The translations under genes were made by a program, and so were the position numbers. 64,000 nucleotides of DNA from Candidatus Binataceae bacterium (GTDB lineage: Bacteria; Desulfobacterota; Binatia; Binatales; Binataceae), in the NCBI GenBank assembly GCA_035939115.1, contig DASZGF010000205.1:10561-74560 (forward strand). The letters are read 5' to 3'. This document shows, piece after piece, positions 42,720-52,349 of this stretch (its first letter is position 1; the number at the start of each line of letters is the position of its first letter). The notes beneath the pieces are model-generated. The model made no database searches, was not told where the DNA came from, and saw only the letters and a list, made by a program, of their open reading frames with translations.

Positions 42720-44303
42720 TCAGCCTCGGTTGGGAAAGCTGATGGCGAACTCGGTGCCCGCGCCACGGCGCAGCTCCAGATCTCCGCCAATCTGTTCGGT
42801 GAGCGTCCTCACCAGTTGCATCCCAAGCGTTTCGGTGGTGCGAAAATCGACCTGCGCGGGAAAACCGACACCATCGTCGGCCACCGTAAGCTTTAAACGG
42901 GTGACGTCCACCGGCCGCAGCTCAACCCTGATGCGCCCGGCGCGGCCATCGGGAAATGCGTACTTGAGACAATTGGAAATGAGTTCGTTCAGGATCAAAC
43001 CAAGCGGCACCGCCAGCTCGATACTCAAGGCCGCGCTTTCGATTGCGGTGTCCAGCTCGATATGCGGGCGCGCCGCGTAGGAGCGCAGCAGCAGACTTAG
43101 CAGGTCGCGCACGTAGGAGGCGAATTCCACCCGCGAGAGATCCGGCGATTGGTATAACTTTTCGTGGATCAGCGCCATCGAGCGAATCCGGTTCTGGCCC
43201 TCGTGGAACATTTCCAGCGCCGAGCCATCGCGGACGCCTGCCGCCTGGAGCTTGAGCAGACTTGAGATCACCTGAAGATTGTTCTTAACCCGATGATGAA
43301 TCTCCTTGAGCAGACTTTCCTTTTCCCTCAGTGAGGCCTTGAGCTGCTCGGCACCGGCCCGCATCGCCTCCTCCGCCCGTTTGGTTTCCGAGATGTCATA
43401 GGCGACCCCCTGGATAAACAGCGGGCGCCCATGTTCGTTGCGCACGACGCGTGCTTCGCCATGAATCCAGACCACCGAGCCGTTGCGATTGAGCGCGCGA
43501 AATTCAGCCTTGAAGGGCCCCCCGGTGGCGCAGCCGCGCGCAAATTCCTCATGCAGCAGGTCGCGGTCATCCGGATGGATCTGGTGGTACCACAGCACTG
43601 GATCGCTGAGCCATTGCTCCTGGGTAAAGCCCAACAGTTCCTCGACCTGGGGGCTCACGTAGAGTTCGTGGATGTCTTCATCGAGCGCGGCCATCGCGGT
43701 CACCACCGGGAGTTGTTCAATCAGCGTACGGTAACGGGCTTCGGCTTTGCGCCGCTCCAGCTCCAGGCGGTTGGGCTCGGTCAGGTCGCGCACCACGATG
43801 ATGAATCGGCGCTGCTCTCCAAGCTTAAAATCGGTGCTGGTGATCTCCACCGAGAACCGGGTTCCGTCCCGGCGCCGGCCGACGGTATCGGGACGCACGC
43901 TGAGCGCGGCGGCGCGGCGGGAAGCTACAACCGCCAACCCACCGGCATCGCTGGTCGCGCTGGTCAACAACATCCCGATATGCCTGCCCACCGCCTCCGC
44001 GGCGTTGTAGCCGAAGATCTTTTCGGCGATCGGGTTGAACGATTCGATAATCTCGCGCTCGTCAAGGATCAGGATGCCGTCTTCGGCTACGCTCACCGGC
44101 TCCGGCCGCTCTTCTTTCGCCGTTGCATAAGTACGCAGGACTTGCGTCAGTTCCGGTCCGATGAGCGAGAACGCCTGCGCCATCCCCTGCACCGAACTCC
44201 ACGCGCGCTCGAAGCTATCCGGCGCCCGCTCAGCCTTGCGCAAAACCGGCGCCAACTCGGCGTGCACCCGGCCATCCGGATCAGAATTGCGGCGGACTTT
44301 CAC
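42720..44303 (-). CDS. Soluble PAS-PAS HisKA_2/HWE-type sensor histidine kinase
   Basis: Two PAS-like segments, H-box EIHHRVKNNLQVISSLL and HATPase (ADDGVGFP...GMQLV). No TM segment. The GTG start forms a GTGA overlap with the restored stop of the hydrogenase large subunit. Confidence 0.8.
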   Translation of the reverse strand: MKVRRNSDPDGRVHAELAPVLRKAERAPDSFERAWSSVQGMAQAFSLIGPELTQVLRTYATAKEERPEPVSVAEDGILILDEREIIESFNPIAEKIFGYNAAEAVGRHIGMLLTSATSDAGGLAVVASRRAAALSVRPDTVGRRRDGTRFSVEITSTDFKLGEQRRFIIVVRDLTEPNRLELERRKAEARYRTLIEQLPVVTAMAALDEDIHELYVSPQVEELLGFTQEQWLSDPVLWYHQIHPDDRDLLHEEFARGCATGGPFKAEFRALNRNGSVVWIHGEARVVRNEHGRPLFIQGVAYDISETKRAEEAMRAGAEQLKASLREKESLLKEIHHRVKNNLQVISSLLKLQAAGVRDGSALEMFHEGQNRIRSMALIHEKLYQSPDLSRVEFASYVRDLLSLLLRSYAARPHIELDTAIESAALSIELAVPLGLILNELISNCLKYAFPDGRAGRIRVELRPVDVTRLKLTVADDGVGFPAQVDFRTTETLGMQLVRTLTEQIGGDLELRRGAGTEFAISFPNRG

Positions 44304-46084
44304 TTAAGTATCCCCAACAGCGGCGAATGTTCGACCTCGACTGTTTTCCCGCCGCCCAGGTACATGTGCACTCCGCACGGCAGGCAGGGATCGAAGCTTC
44401 GCACAGCGCAGGATATCAATCCCCTTGAACTCGTCGCGGCCATTTTCTTCGAAGATGGGCGTGTTCTGGATGGCGTCTTCGTAGGGGCCGGGCGTCCCGT
44501 GAAGATCGCGCGGGCTCGCGTTCCAGCAAGTCGGCGGATATGGATGGTAGTTGGCCAGCTTGCCCTCGCGAATCACCAGGTGATGGGAGAGCGCCCCGCG
44601 CACCGCCTCGTGGAAGCCACAGCCAACGGCCTCCTGCGGCACTTTGAACTCGGTCCAGGTTTTGGTCCGGCCCGCCAGCACCTCCGCGCGCGCCTGCTCC
44701 AGAAAGTACAGCGCGGCAGCGGCGGCGTAGGCCTGGAAATAAGTGCGCGCGCGATTGCGCTCGAGCGTGTTGCTCCACTTGGGGATCTTCCATTCCAGTT
44801 CGGTCTCGGGAATCGCCGCGCTTTTGGGCAGACGGATTTTCAGACCGCCGCGCGCCGCTTCGATATAGCCGATCCGCACCCGTTGCGAGAGCGCCGTGCT
44901 CCACAACCGGGCCAGCGGTCCGCCGCCGGTATCCAACGCGAGGTGGCGGTTGTTGCGCGCGTCGTACCATCGCGGCGACATGACCCAGGTGTACTTGCCG
45001 GCAAAATCGCGGCGGTCTGGCTTGGGGATGGTGGTCTGATTCCACGGATGGCGCTGATCGACGGGATTACCCAGCGGATCAGACTTCACAAAAGTCTCCG
45101 CGCCTGCCAGTCGTCGTAAAATGAACTTCCCAATAAAATCCGGATGCCAAGGTTAATCTCGACCAGATCGGTGGTCAGCAGTTCGCCGTCGACAATGATC
45201 CCCGGCGTGACATACATCTCGCGTCCCCAGCGGCTCATCGTCGCGTAGTCGAAGTCGCACGCCTCCGGGTTTTGGAACGACCCCCAACAGCCCAGCAAAA
45301 TCCGGCGCCGGCCAACCTCTTCATAGCCGGGCAGCGCCTCGTAGAAAAAATCAAACAAATCGTCATGAAATGCGACTGCGCGTTTGATGAAATCGATATA
45401 CTTCATCAGCCGAACCAGGTATCCGGTGAACAACTGGATATCGGCGACGGTGCCGACTCCACCCGGATAGAGGGTCGAGGGATGCGCATGACGGCCGCCC
45501 ATCAGGCAATACATCTCGCGCGCCAGGCGGCTCATCTCCAGCGCCTCGCGGTAGAACGGCCCCTGGAACGGATTGAGCGCGGCCATCAGGTCGCCAATCG
45601 TGGCGTAGCCGTGCCGCGCGGCATTGGGCGCCGCCGCGCGCTGCGCTTTGGCCAGTACGGCGGGATTGGTCTCCCGCATCATGCGCTCGCAGAAATCGAC
45701 CCCTACCATGTTGTCCTGGAACAGGTTGTGATCGAACATGTATTCGGCGGCTTCCGCCAGGTTGATTATCCAGTCGGCCAGCGGCGGCGGCTTCACCCCG
45801 AACGCCATGTTTTGCGCATACACCGCGCAAGTTGCGTGATTGTCGCCGCAGATGCCGCAGATGCGGCTGGTGATGAACTGTGCATCGCGCGCATCCTTGC
45901 CCTTCATGAAGATGCTGTAGCCGCGGAAGATCGAGGAAGTGGCGTGGCATTGCGCGACCTGGCGATTGGCGAGATCGACCTTGGCGTGGATGCCGAGGCT
46001 GCCCACCACGCGCGTGATGGGATCCCAGGTCACATCGAGCATTTCGCCCGAGCCCTGGCCGTCGCGCCGCCGCGGCTTAGCCAT
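44300..46084 (-). pseudogene. hhyL: Second group 1h-type [NiFe] hydrogenase large subunit with two frameshifts
   Basis: ORF 45086..46084 carries TSRICGICGDNHATC. It is joined to ORF 44304..45089 by a 1-nt shift near 45090-45100. The L2 motif FDPCLPCGVHMYLGGGKTVEVEHSPLLGILK* (44366-44392 for DPCLPCGVH) is only reached after a further 2-nt shift near 44403-44409. Confidence 0.85.
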
Positions 46085-47174
46085 TGCGCTTTTCCCTTTT
46101 GACGGTTTCCGGCGTCCGCTGATCGGCGGCCTGATGGTTCGCGCGGCCGCGCCAATCCGGCTCCCGATCCATCGAGTCGATGGTAAAGCGCCGCAGCGCC
46201 CTCACCGCGCGCCCGTACATCATTACCGCCGAGGACGACATCTTTGCTCCCGGCGGCTCATCCATGAAGGGCATGATCTTGTCGGGAAACCCGGGCATCG
46301 TACAGCCGATGCAGATCCCGCCGACATTCGGACAGCCGCCGACACCGCCGATCCATCCGCGCTTGCCGACGTTGCATCGCACCACCGGGCCCCAGCATCC
46401 GAGCTTGACGATACACTTGGGACGGCCGTATTGCTCCTCGAAATCAGCCTGTTCGTAGTATCCGCCGCGATCGCAGGTTTCATGTACCGTCGGCCCGAAC
46501 AACCATCGCGGACGCAAACAGTCATCCAGCGGGATCATCGGCGCGTGGCCCGCCGCCTGGTAAAGCAGGTAGAGCAGCGTCTCCATAAAGTTGTCGGGCT
46601 GCACCGGGCATCCGGGAACGCAGACAATCGGGATACCGGCGCGCGATCGCCAGTCCCATCCCAGGAAATCAGCCACTCCCATACAGCCAGTAGGATTGCC
46701 GGCGTCCGCGTGGATGCCCCCGTAGGTAGCGCACGTTCCCGCCGCCACAATCGCCCACGCATTGGGCGCCAGCCGCTCCAGCCATTGGCAGGTGGTAATC
46801 GGTTGGCCGGTGGCCGCGTCGGTTCCCATCGCCGCCCAGTAACCTTTGCGCTTGTTGGTTTCGTCGGGAATCGATCCTTCCACCACCAGCAGGTACGGAC
46901 CGAGCTTGCCGCGCGCCGCGCGATGGAAGTGATCGAGGAACTGGTCGCCGACCTCGTAGGCCAACACCGGGTTGTGCAGAGTAACTTTGGGAATGCGGGG
47001 AATGGCGCCGAGCACGATGTCCTCGATACTGGGCTGGGTTGCGGCGGTCATCGCGATCGTGTCACCGTCACAACCCAAACCGGCGGTGATCCATAAAATG
47101 TCGAGTTCTTGAAGCGGCGCGAGCGCTTGCGCGCGCGGGACGAGCGTTTTCCCGGGTTTAGCCGCGCGCGCCAT
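46077..47174 (-). CDS. hhyS: Second group 1h-type [NiFe] hydrogenase small subunit (intact)
   Basis: LWITAGLGCDGDT, GTCATYGGI, VPGCPVQPDN, CIVKLGCWGPVVRCNV, CPNVGGICIGCTMPGFPD. All Cys positions of the first copy are conserved. No Tat signal. Confidence 0.9.
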   Translation of the reverse strand: MARAAKPGKTLVPRAQALAPLQELDILWITAGLGCDGDTIAMTAATQPSIEDIVLGAIPRIPKVTLHNPVLAYEVGDQFLDHFHRAARGKLGPYLLVVEGSIPDETNKRKGYWAAMGTDAATGQPITTCQWLERLAPNAWAIVAAGTCATYGGIHADAGNPTGCMGVADFLGWDWRSRAGIPIVCVPGCPVQPDNFMETLLYLLYQAAGHAPMIPLDDCLRPRWLFGPTVHETCDRGGYYEQADFEEQYGRPKCIVKLGCWGPVVRCNVGKRGWIGGVGGCPNVGGICIGCTMPGFPDKIMPFMDEPPGAKMSSSAVMMYGRAVRALRRFTIDSMDREPDWRGRANHQAADQRTPETVKREKRNG

Positions 47175-47182
47175 AAACCAGC

Positions 47183-47836
47183 CTATACCTGGATGATGTT
47201 GTTGCGCAGCGCATAGCGCACCAGTTCGCCAATGGAATGAATGCCCAGCTTGCGCATCAGGTTGGCGCGATGAGTGACCACCGTCTTAAGGCTTATGCCA
47301 AGGGCCGCGGCGACCTCCTTGCTGCTCTTTCCCTCCGCCAGCAGTTGCACGATCTCGCGTTCGCGCGGGGTCAGCTCCGCCGCCGTTGGCGGGCCGCTCG
47401 ATTTGGCCTTGAGGTCATTGCGATATCCCCCCAGCATCATCTCGGCCACTTTGGAGTCGAAAAAGGGTTTGTGCGCCCGCAACGATTCAACCGCCGCCAA
47501 AAGGTCCCGCGCCGCTTCGGCCTTGGACAGATAACCATGCGCGCCGGCCGCCAGCGCCTCGCGCATCATCTGTTCGGACTCATGCATCGTGAGCACCAGG
47601 ATCTCGATTTGCGGCATGGTCTTGTGAATCTTACGAATCGTTTCCAAGCCGTTCATCCCCGGCATCGAGATGTCCACGACCAGAAGATCAGGCTTAAGGC
47701 GGCGCGCCTGCTCGACGGCATCATGCCCGGTCGCGGCCTCGCCGCAAACATTCCACCCGGTCTGGCTCTCCAACAGGGCGCGGATGCCTCTGCGGACGAC
47801 TTCGTGGTCATCGGCCACCAGGATCCTGGTCGTCAT
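47183..47836 (-). CDS. NarL/FixJ-family response regulator (REC + LuxR-type HTH)
   Basis: ILVADDHEVVRRG...DLLVVDISMPGMNG... and LTPREREIVQLLAEGKSSKEVAAALGISLKTVVTHRANLMRKLG. Confidence 0.9.
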   Translation of the reverse strand: MTTRILVADDHEVVRRGIRALLESQTGWNVCGEAATGHDAVEQARRLKPDLLVVDISMPGMNGLETIRKIHKTMPQIEILVLTMHESEQMMREALAAGAHGYLSKAEAARDLLAAVESLRAHKPFFDSKVAEMMLGGYRNDLKAKSSGPPTAAELTPREREIVQLLAEGKSSKEVAAALGISLKTVVTHRANLMRKLGIHSIGELVRYALRNNIIQV

Positions 47837-49455
47837 CGATCGCTCCCAGGCATGGGCAGCACGGCCCGCACTGTAGCTCCCGAGCCAACGCTCTGGATTT
47901 CCAATCGGCCGCCGGCCTGACGCGCCCGTTCCTGCATACTGCGAATGCCGACGCCGAGTCCGGCCGCGACCAGGGCGCCGTTTCCGCTTGCGGTCGAAAA
48001 TCCGCGGCCCTGATCCGAAATTTCCAGCACCAGCTCGTCCTCACGTTGCGACAGCGCGATGCGCGCGGTCGGGCTGCCGGAATGCAGATGGACGTTGGTC
48101 AGGCTTTCCTGCACGATGCGGAACAGGGTCGTTTCCATCGCGTCGGGTAATCGCCCAATTGCGCCCGGCAAGTCAAGCTCCACCCCAATTCCGCTCCGGC
48201 GCGTGAAGCCTTCCACATAGCCGCGCAGCGCGTATGCAAGTCCCGCTTCCTCGAGCATCGGCGGATGCAACAGGTAGGAGAGCGTGCGCAGCTCGCGCAG
48301 GCAGCCCTCGGCCAGCCGTAGCCCTTCCTCGAAGGCCGCTTGAGCGCCGGGACTGAAACGCGGCTCCGATCGCTCCACCAGGCTCAGATTCATCGACAAC
48401 GCCGCCAGCTTCTGGGCCGTGGTGTCGTGGAGTTCGCGGGCGATCCGCCGCCGTTCCTCGTCCTGCAGGCGGAGCAGGCGGCCGGAAAGCTCCTGAACGG
48501 TTCTTTCGGCCGCTTTGCGTTCGGTGATGTCGCGGATGATCACGAGTTGCCATTGTTCTCCGGCGATTCCGATTTTGGCGGCCGAAAACAATCCGCGGCG
48601 CACGCTCCCATCCTGGCGCCTGAAGCTGGTTTCCAGATTGCGCACGAACCCGCGACTGCGCAGTTCGTCCGTAACCGTGGTCAGTTCATCTTTGTCCACC
48701 CAGATCCCAAGCTCAGCCGACGTGCGGCCAATCATCTCCGTGCGGGGCAAGCCGATGAAACGCGAGCATTCATCGTTGATGTCGGCGAATTGGCCGTCGG
48801 CCATGCGGATAATCGCCACGGCGTCCAGACTGCCCTCGAAGATGGCCCTGAATTTTTCCTCGGCCGCCGCCAGCGCTTCTTCGGTCCGCTTTTGGCCAGT
48901 GACGTCGATTAGCAGCCAATGCAACTCGGTCGGCTGCCCCGCCGGTCCGCGCGAAGCGGCGACCGTCAACGCCGCCTGGGTCACGGTTCGCCGCGGTCCC
49001 ACAATCCTGGCCTCCAGGTCGCGGGCCCTTGAGTCGGTTGCGCGATACATCTCAGCCAGATTTGCGGCCAGTAAGTCGCGGTCGGGCTCCGCAATCAGGA
49101 AGCTGAGCGGAATGCCGATCAAGGCCTGGCGCCGCATTCCCAACAGCGCCGCCGCGGTCGCGTTGGCGTCTTCGATCACACCCTTGGGGTCGGTGACCAG
49201 ACACGCCAGTGGAGAGACTTCGAATAGTTCGCGATAACGGTGTGCCGCCGCCTCTTCCGCCTGCTGCAACTCGACCGGTTCATGGTCGGAAACGGCGCTC
49301 TGGCCGCGGGCGCCTTCCAGGTCTTCGAAGATGTTCCACACTTCCTCGAGCGTCTCGACCAGCGCCGACGCTGGTATGTCGGCGCGCCGGCGCCGCAGTG
49401 CGCGCGCCTTTAACCGCGCCGCGGCAATTCCCACCGAGAGCGTTTTGCTCTTCAC
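47833..49455 (-). CDS. Soluble PAS-PAS HisKA_3-type sensor histidine kinase (NarX/DegS-like core)
   Basis: Two PAS segments, H-box RRIARELHDTTAQKLAAL and HATPase (ISDQGRGF...GVGIRSMQERA). 4-nt overlap with the response regulator gene. No TM segment. GTG start. Confidence 0.85.
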   Translation of the reverse strand: MKSKTLSVGIAAARLKARALRRRRADIPASALVETLEEVWNIFEDLEGARGQSAVSDHEPVELQQAEEAAAHRYRELFEVSPLACLVTDPKGVIEDANATAAALLGMRRQALIGIPLSFLIAEPDRDLLAANLAEMYRATDSRARDLEARIVGPRRTVTQAALTVAASRGPAGQPTELHWLLIDVTGQKRTEEALAAAEEKFRAIFEGSLDAVAIIRMADGQFADINDECSRFIGLPRTEMIGRTSAELGIWVDKDELTTVTDELRSRGFVRNLETSFRRQDGSVRRGLFSAAKIGIAGEQWQLVIIRDITERKAAERTVQELSGRLLRLQDEERRRIARELHDTTAQKLAALSMNLSLVERSEPRFSPGAQAAFEEGLRLAEGCLRELRTLSYLLHPPMLEEAGLAYALRGYVEGFTRRSGIGVELDLPGAIGRLPDAMETTLFRIVQESLTNVHLHSGSPTARIALSQREDELVLEISDQGRGFSTASGNGALVAAGLGVGIRSMQERARQAGGRLEIQSVGSGATVRAVLPMPGSDR

Positions 49456-49680
49456 CGGACCTCCAGTTAAGTCTGCGCCACGGTTCTCTCCGCTATCTCA
49501 ATAATCCCGAATTGGCAAACTCGGCAAGGTCGGCCAGGCTTGTTTTTCGCAACGGCGCAGGCTTGCCAACAAAGCCGGCTGCCCAGACCTTCGCGCGCAG
49601 CCATTGCGGGTCCGCCCCTGATCAAACGATACTTCTCACCGGCTCGTAGCGGCGACCTCGCCGGGGAGGAGTGCATTCAT

Positions 49681-52167
49681 TTGGCACAGTCCGCAACTGA
49701 CGATCGTTTCGAGGCAGCGCAGGCTGCGGCTCGTATGCCCCTGTCGGGTGTTTGCGTAGTGGAAGCCGGGCAGGGCGTGGCGGCCGCATTCGGCGCCAAG
49801 CTGATGGCGCTGCTGGGCGCGGATGTAATCAAGGTCGAGCCGCCCCAGGGCGACATCACCCGGCGATGGGGCCCGTTTCCGGGCGACGTACAGGACCCCG
49901 AAAATAGCGGCCTGTTCCGCTACCTCAACGCCGACAAGCGCGGCGTCACGCTTGATCTGCACGTTGCGCCCGAACGCGACACGCTGCACCAGCTTCTGGC
50001 CGGCGCCGACATTCTGATTCACGAGATTCCACCGGCCGCGCGCGCCGCCTGCGGATTGGACAGCGACTTGCTCTGCCGCAAGCATCCCCGCCTGATCGTC
50101 ACTTCGATTTCGGCCTATGGCGGCTTCGGCCCGCGCGCCAATTACCACGCCTACGAGATCAACGCGTTGCATTCCAGTGGAATCGCGATTCTTAATCCAC
50201 GCCTCTCCGAGCGGCCCGACCTGCCGCCGCTCAAACCCTACGGCCATCACGCGGAATTTCAGGGCGGAGTTCATGCCGCCGCGGCGACCCTGGCCGCGTT
50301 GCGCCATCGGATGAAATCCGGCGCCGGTCAGGCAGTCGATGTCAGCGAGCAGGAATGTCTGGCGGCGGCGCTGGAGCTGAGCCTGGTCTGGTACACCTAC
50401 GAGGGAAAACGCACCTCGCGAATGGGATGGGTAAACTCGGCTCCCACCGGGATTTTCGATTGCGCCGATGGCCTCGCCGAGATCATGTGCGTCGAGGACG
50501 CGCACTGGCACCGTCTGGCGGAATTCCTGGGCAAGCCGGAATGGCTGGAGGAGGAGATCTTCATCCAGCGTCCGTCGCGGATCAAGAATTCCGACGCGGC
50601 CAATGCGCTGGTGGCGCAAGCCGTTGCCGGTCGCCCGATGCTGGGCACTGTTCGCGGGTTGCAGCACGTCCGCGTACCGGCCGCTCCGGTAAGCACGATG
50701 GCGGACCTTTACCACGATGAGCATCTGAAGAGCCGCGAGTTTTTTGTTCCACTCCCCGCGCACGACAGTGCCGAAGCGCCCGCGCTTGCGCCCAGTGTGC
50801 CCTTCAAATCCACCGCGATGGGATGGTCGATGCGCCGCCCGGCACCGCGGTTGGGCGAACACAACCAGGACGTGATGCAGGAAATTGCCGCACGCAGCGC
50901 GGCGCCGACGACGCCGCAATCCGCTATCGCGCCGCTGGCTGGTGCGGAGTCGGCGCCCGGTCCACTAAGCGGCGTGCGCGTGCTGGATTTTAGCTGGGTG
51001 TGGGCGGGACCGTTTTGCACCCTGCAACTGGCCCATCAGGGCGCGGAGGTCATCCGCGTCGAAACCAGCAAGCGTCCGTGCATCAACCGCGTCATCCCGC
51101 CTTATGCAGAGGGTAAAGCCGGCGTGAATCGCGCCGGCAGTTTCAACCAATGGAACCAGGGCAAACGCAGCCTCCAACTCGATCTGTCCAAGCCGCAGGC
51201 GGCGGAGATCGCGCGTGAACTGGCCCGCCATTGCGATGTCGCAGTGGAAAATTTCGCGCCCGGCGTGATCGATCGCTTCGGAGTCGGCTACCAGGCGCTG
51301 CGCGCGGCCCGGCCGGACCTGATAATGCTATCCATGTCGGGCTACGGTCAGACTGGTCCCTACGCGAAGTTCGTGAGCTATGGCCTGATGATCGCCTCGC
51401 ACTGCGGCCTGCATACGGTCACCAGCTACGACGGCGACCGGCCACGCGAACTGGGCGTCAGCTACGCCGACCCCACCACTGGCATCTTCGGCGCCTACGC
51501 GATAATCGCGGCATTGATCCATCGCGATCGCACCGGCCAGGGGCAGCACATCGACCTGTCGATGCTCGAAGCGATGGAGATGATCATGCCCGAGCCGCTG
51601 CTCGAATACGCAATCAGCGGCCGCGAGCCCCGTCCGATAGGCAATCACGACCCATGGATGTCACCACACAACTGCTACAAAGCGCGCGGCGACGCGGAGC
51701 ATTGGGTCACAATCGCGGTGGGCAACGAAAGGGAGTGGCAAGCCTTGTGCGAAGCGATGGGCAAGCCCTCGATGGCACAAGACCCGCGCTTCCACGACGC
51801 ACCAGCGCGCAAGCAAAACGAAGCCGAACTGGACCGCATCATCAATGCCTGGACCTCGGAGCGCGACCGCTGGGAAATAACCGAGATACTCCAACGCGCC
51901 GGCGTAGCCGCGATTCCCACCTTCACCAACGAAGACGTGGCCAAAGATCGCCACATGCGCGAGCGCGGCTTCTTGATCGAACTACCCCACCCGGAAATAG
52001 GCCCCTACACCCACGCAGGCGTGCCCTGGACGATGTCGCGCACGCCAAGCAAGGTGCGCACCCCCGCCCCGCGCCTGGGCGCCGACACCGATTACGTGCT
52101 GCGCGAAATCCTGGGCTATTCGCCGGACAAGATCGCGGAGCTGCGCGGTACGAGAATCATCGGCTGA
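49681..52167 (+). CDS. Tandem-fused double CaiB/BaiF family (class III) CoA-transferase
   Basis: Two complete modules: PLSGVCVVEAGQGVAAAFGAKLMALLGADVIKVE... and PLSGVRVLDFSWVWAGPFCTLQLAHQGAEVIRVE.... TTG 49681 sits behind ggggaggag; ATG 49735 is an alternative start. Confidence 0.75.
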   Translation: MAQSATDDRFEAAQAAARMPLSGVCVVEAGQGVAAAFGAKLMALLGADVIKVEPPQGDITRRWGPFPGDVQDPENSGLFRYLNADKRGVTLDLHVAPERDTLHQLLAGADILIHEIPPAARAACGLDSDLLCRKHPRLIVTSISAYGGFGPRANYHAYEINALHSSGIAILNPRLSERPDLPPLKPYGHHAEFQGGVHAAAATLAALRHRMKSGAGQAVDVSEQECLAAALELSLVWYTYEGKRTSRMGWVNSAPTGIFDCADGLAEIMCVEDAHWHRLAEFLGKPEWLEEEIFIQRPSRIKNSDAANALVAQAVAGRPMLGTVRGLQHVRVPAAPVSTMADLYHDEHLKSREFFVPLPAHDSAEAPALAPSVPFKSTAMGWSMRRPAPRLGEHNQDVMQEIAARSAAPTTPQSAIAPLAGAESAPGPLSGVRVLDFSWVWAGPFCTLQLAHQGAEVIRVETSKRPCINRVIPPYAEGKAGVNRAGSFNQWNQGKRSLQLDLSKPQAAEIARELARHCDVAVENFAPGVIDRFGVGYQALRAARPDLIMLSMSGYGQTGPYAKFVSYGLMIASHCGLHTVTSYDGDRPRELGVSYADPTTGIFGAYAIIAALIHRDRTGQGQHIDLSMLEAMEMIMPEPLLEYAISGREPRPIGNHDPWMSPHNCYKARGDAEHWVTIAVGNEREWQALCEAMGKPSMAQDPRFHDAPARKQNEAELDRIINAWTSERDRWEITEILQRAGVAAIPTFTNEDVAKDRHMRERGFLIELPHPEIGPYTHAGVPWTMSRTPSKVRTPAPRLGADTDYVLREILGYSPDKIAELRGTRIIG

Positions 52168-52349
52168 CTTCGCCCGCGCCGATAAAGCCGGGCACTTCCG
52201 AAGCCAGTCTCCTTCCGTAGCGGCGGCCCAGCCTGCTCTGAGTCTGTCGAAGGGTGCCGGTTCCTTTCTTCGGACTAAACTAAAGTCCCGCCGATTCTCT
52301 CAACGCTAATGAGCGTTTTGCAAACGGACCGGCTTTAGGCGATTTGCCG

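Noticed and set aside
44300-47174. The second hydrogenase as a classical group 2b regulatory hydrogenase (HoxBC/HupUV)
   Set aside because: The L1/L2 motifs (TSRICGICGDNH, FDPCLPCGVH) and the small-subunit Cys pattern match the neighbouring group 1h enzyme. The large subunit also keeps a C-terminal extension, unlike group 2b sensors.
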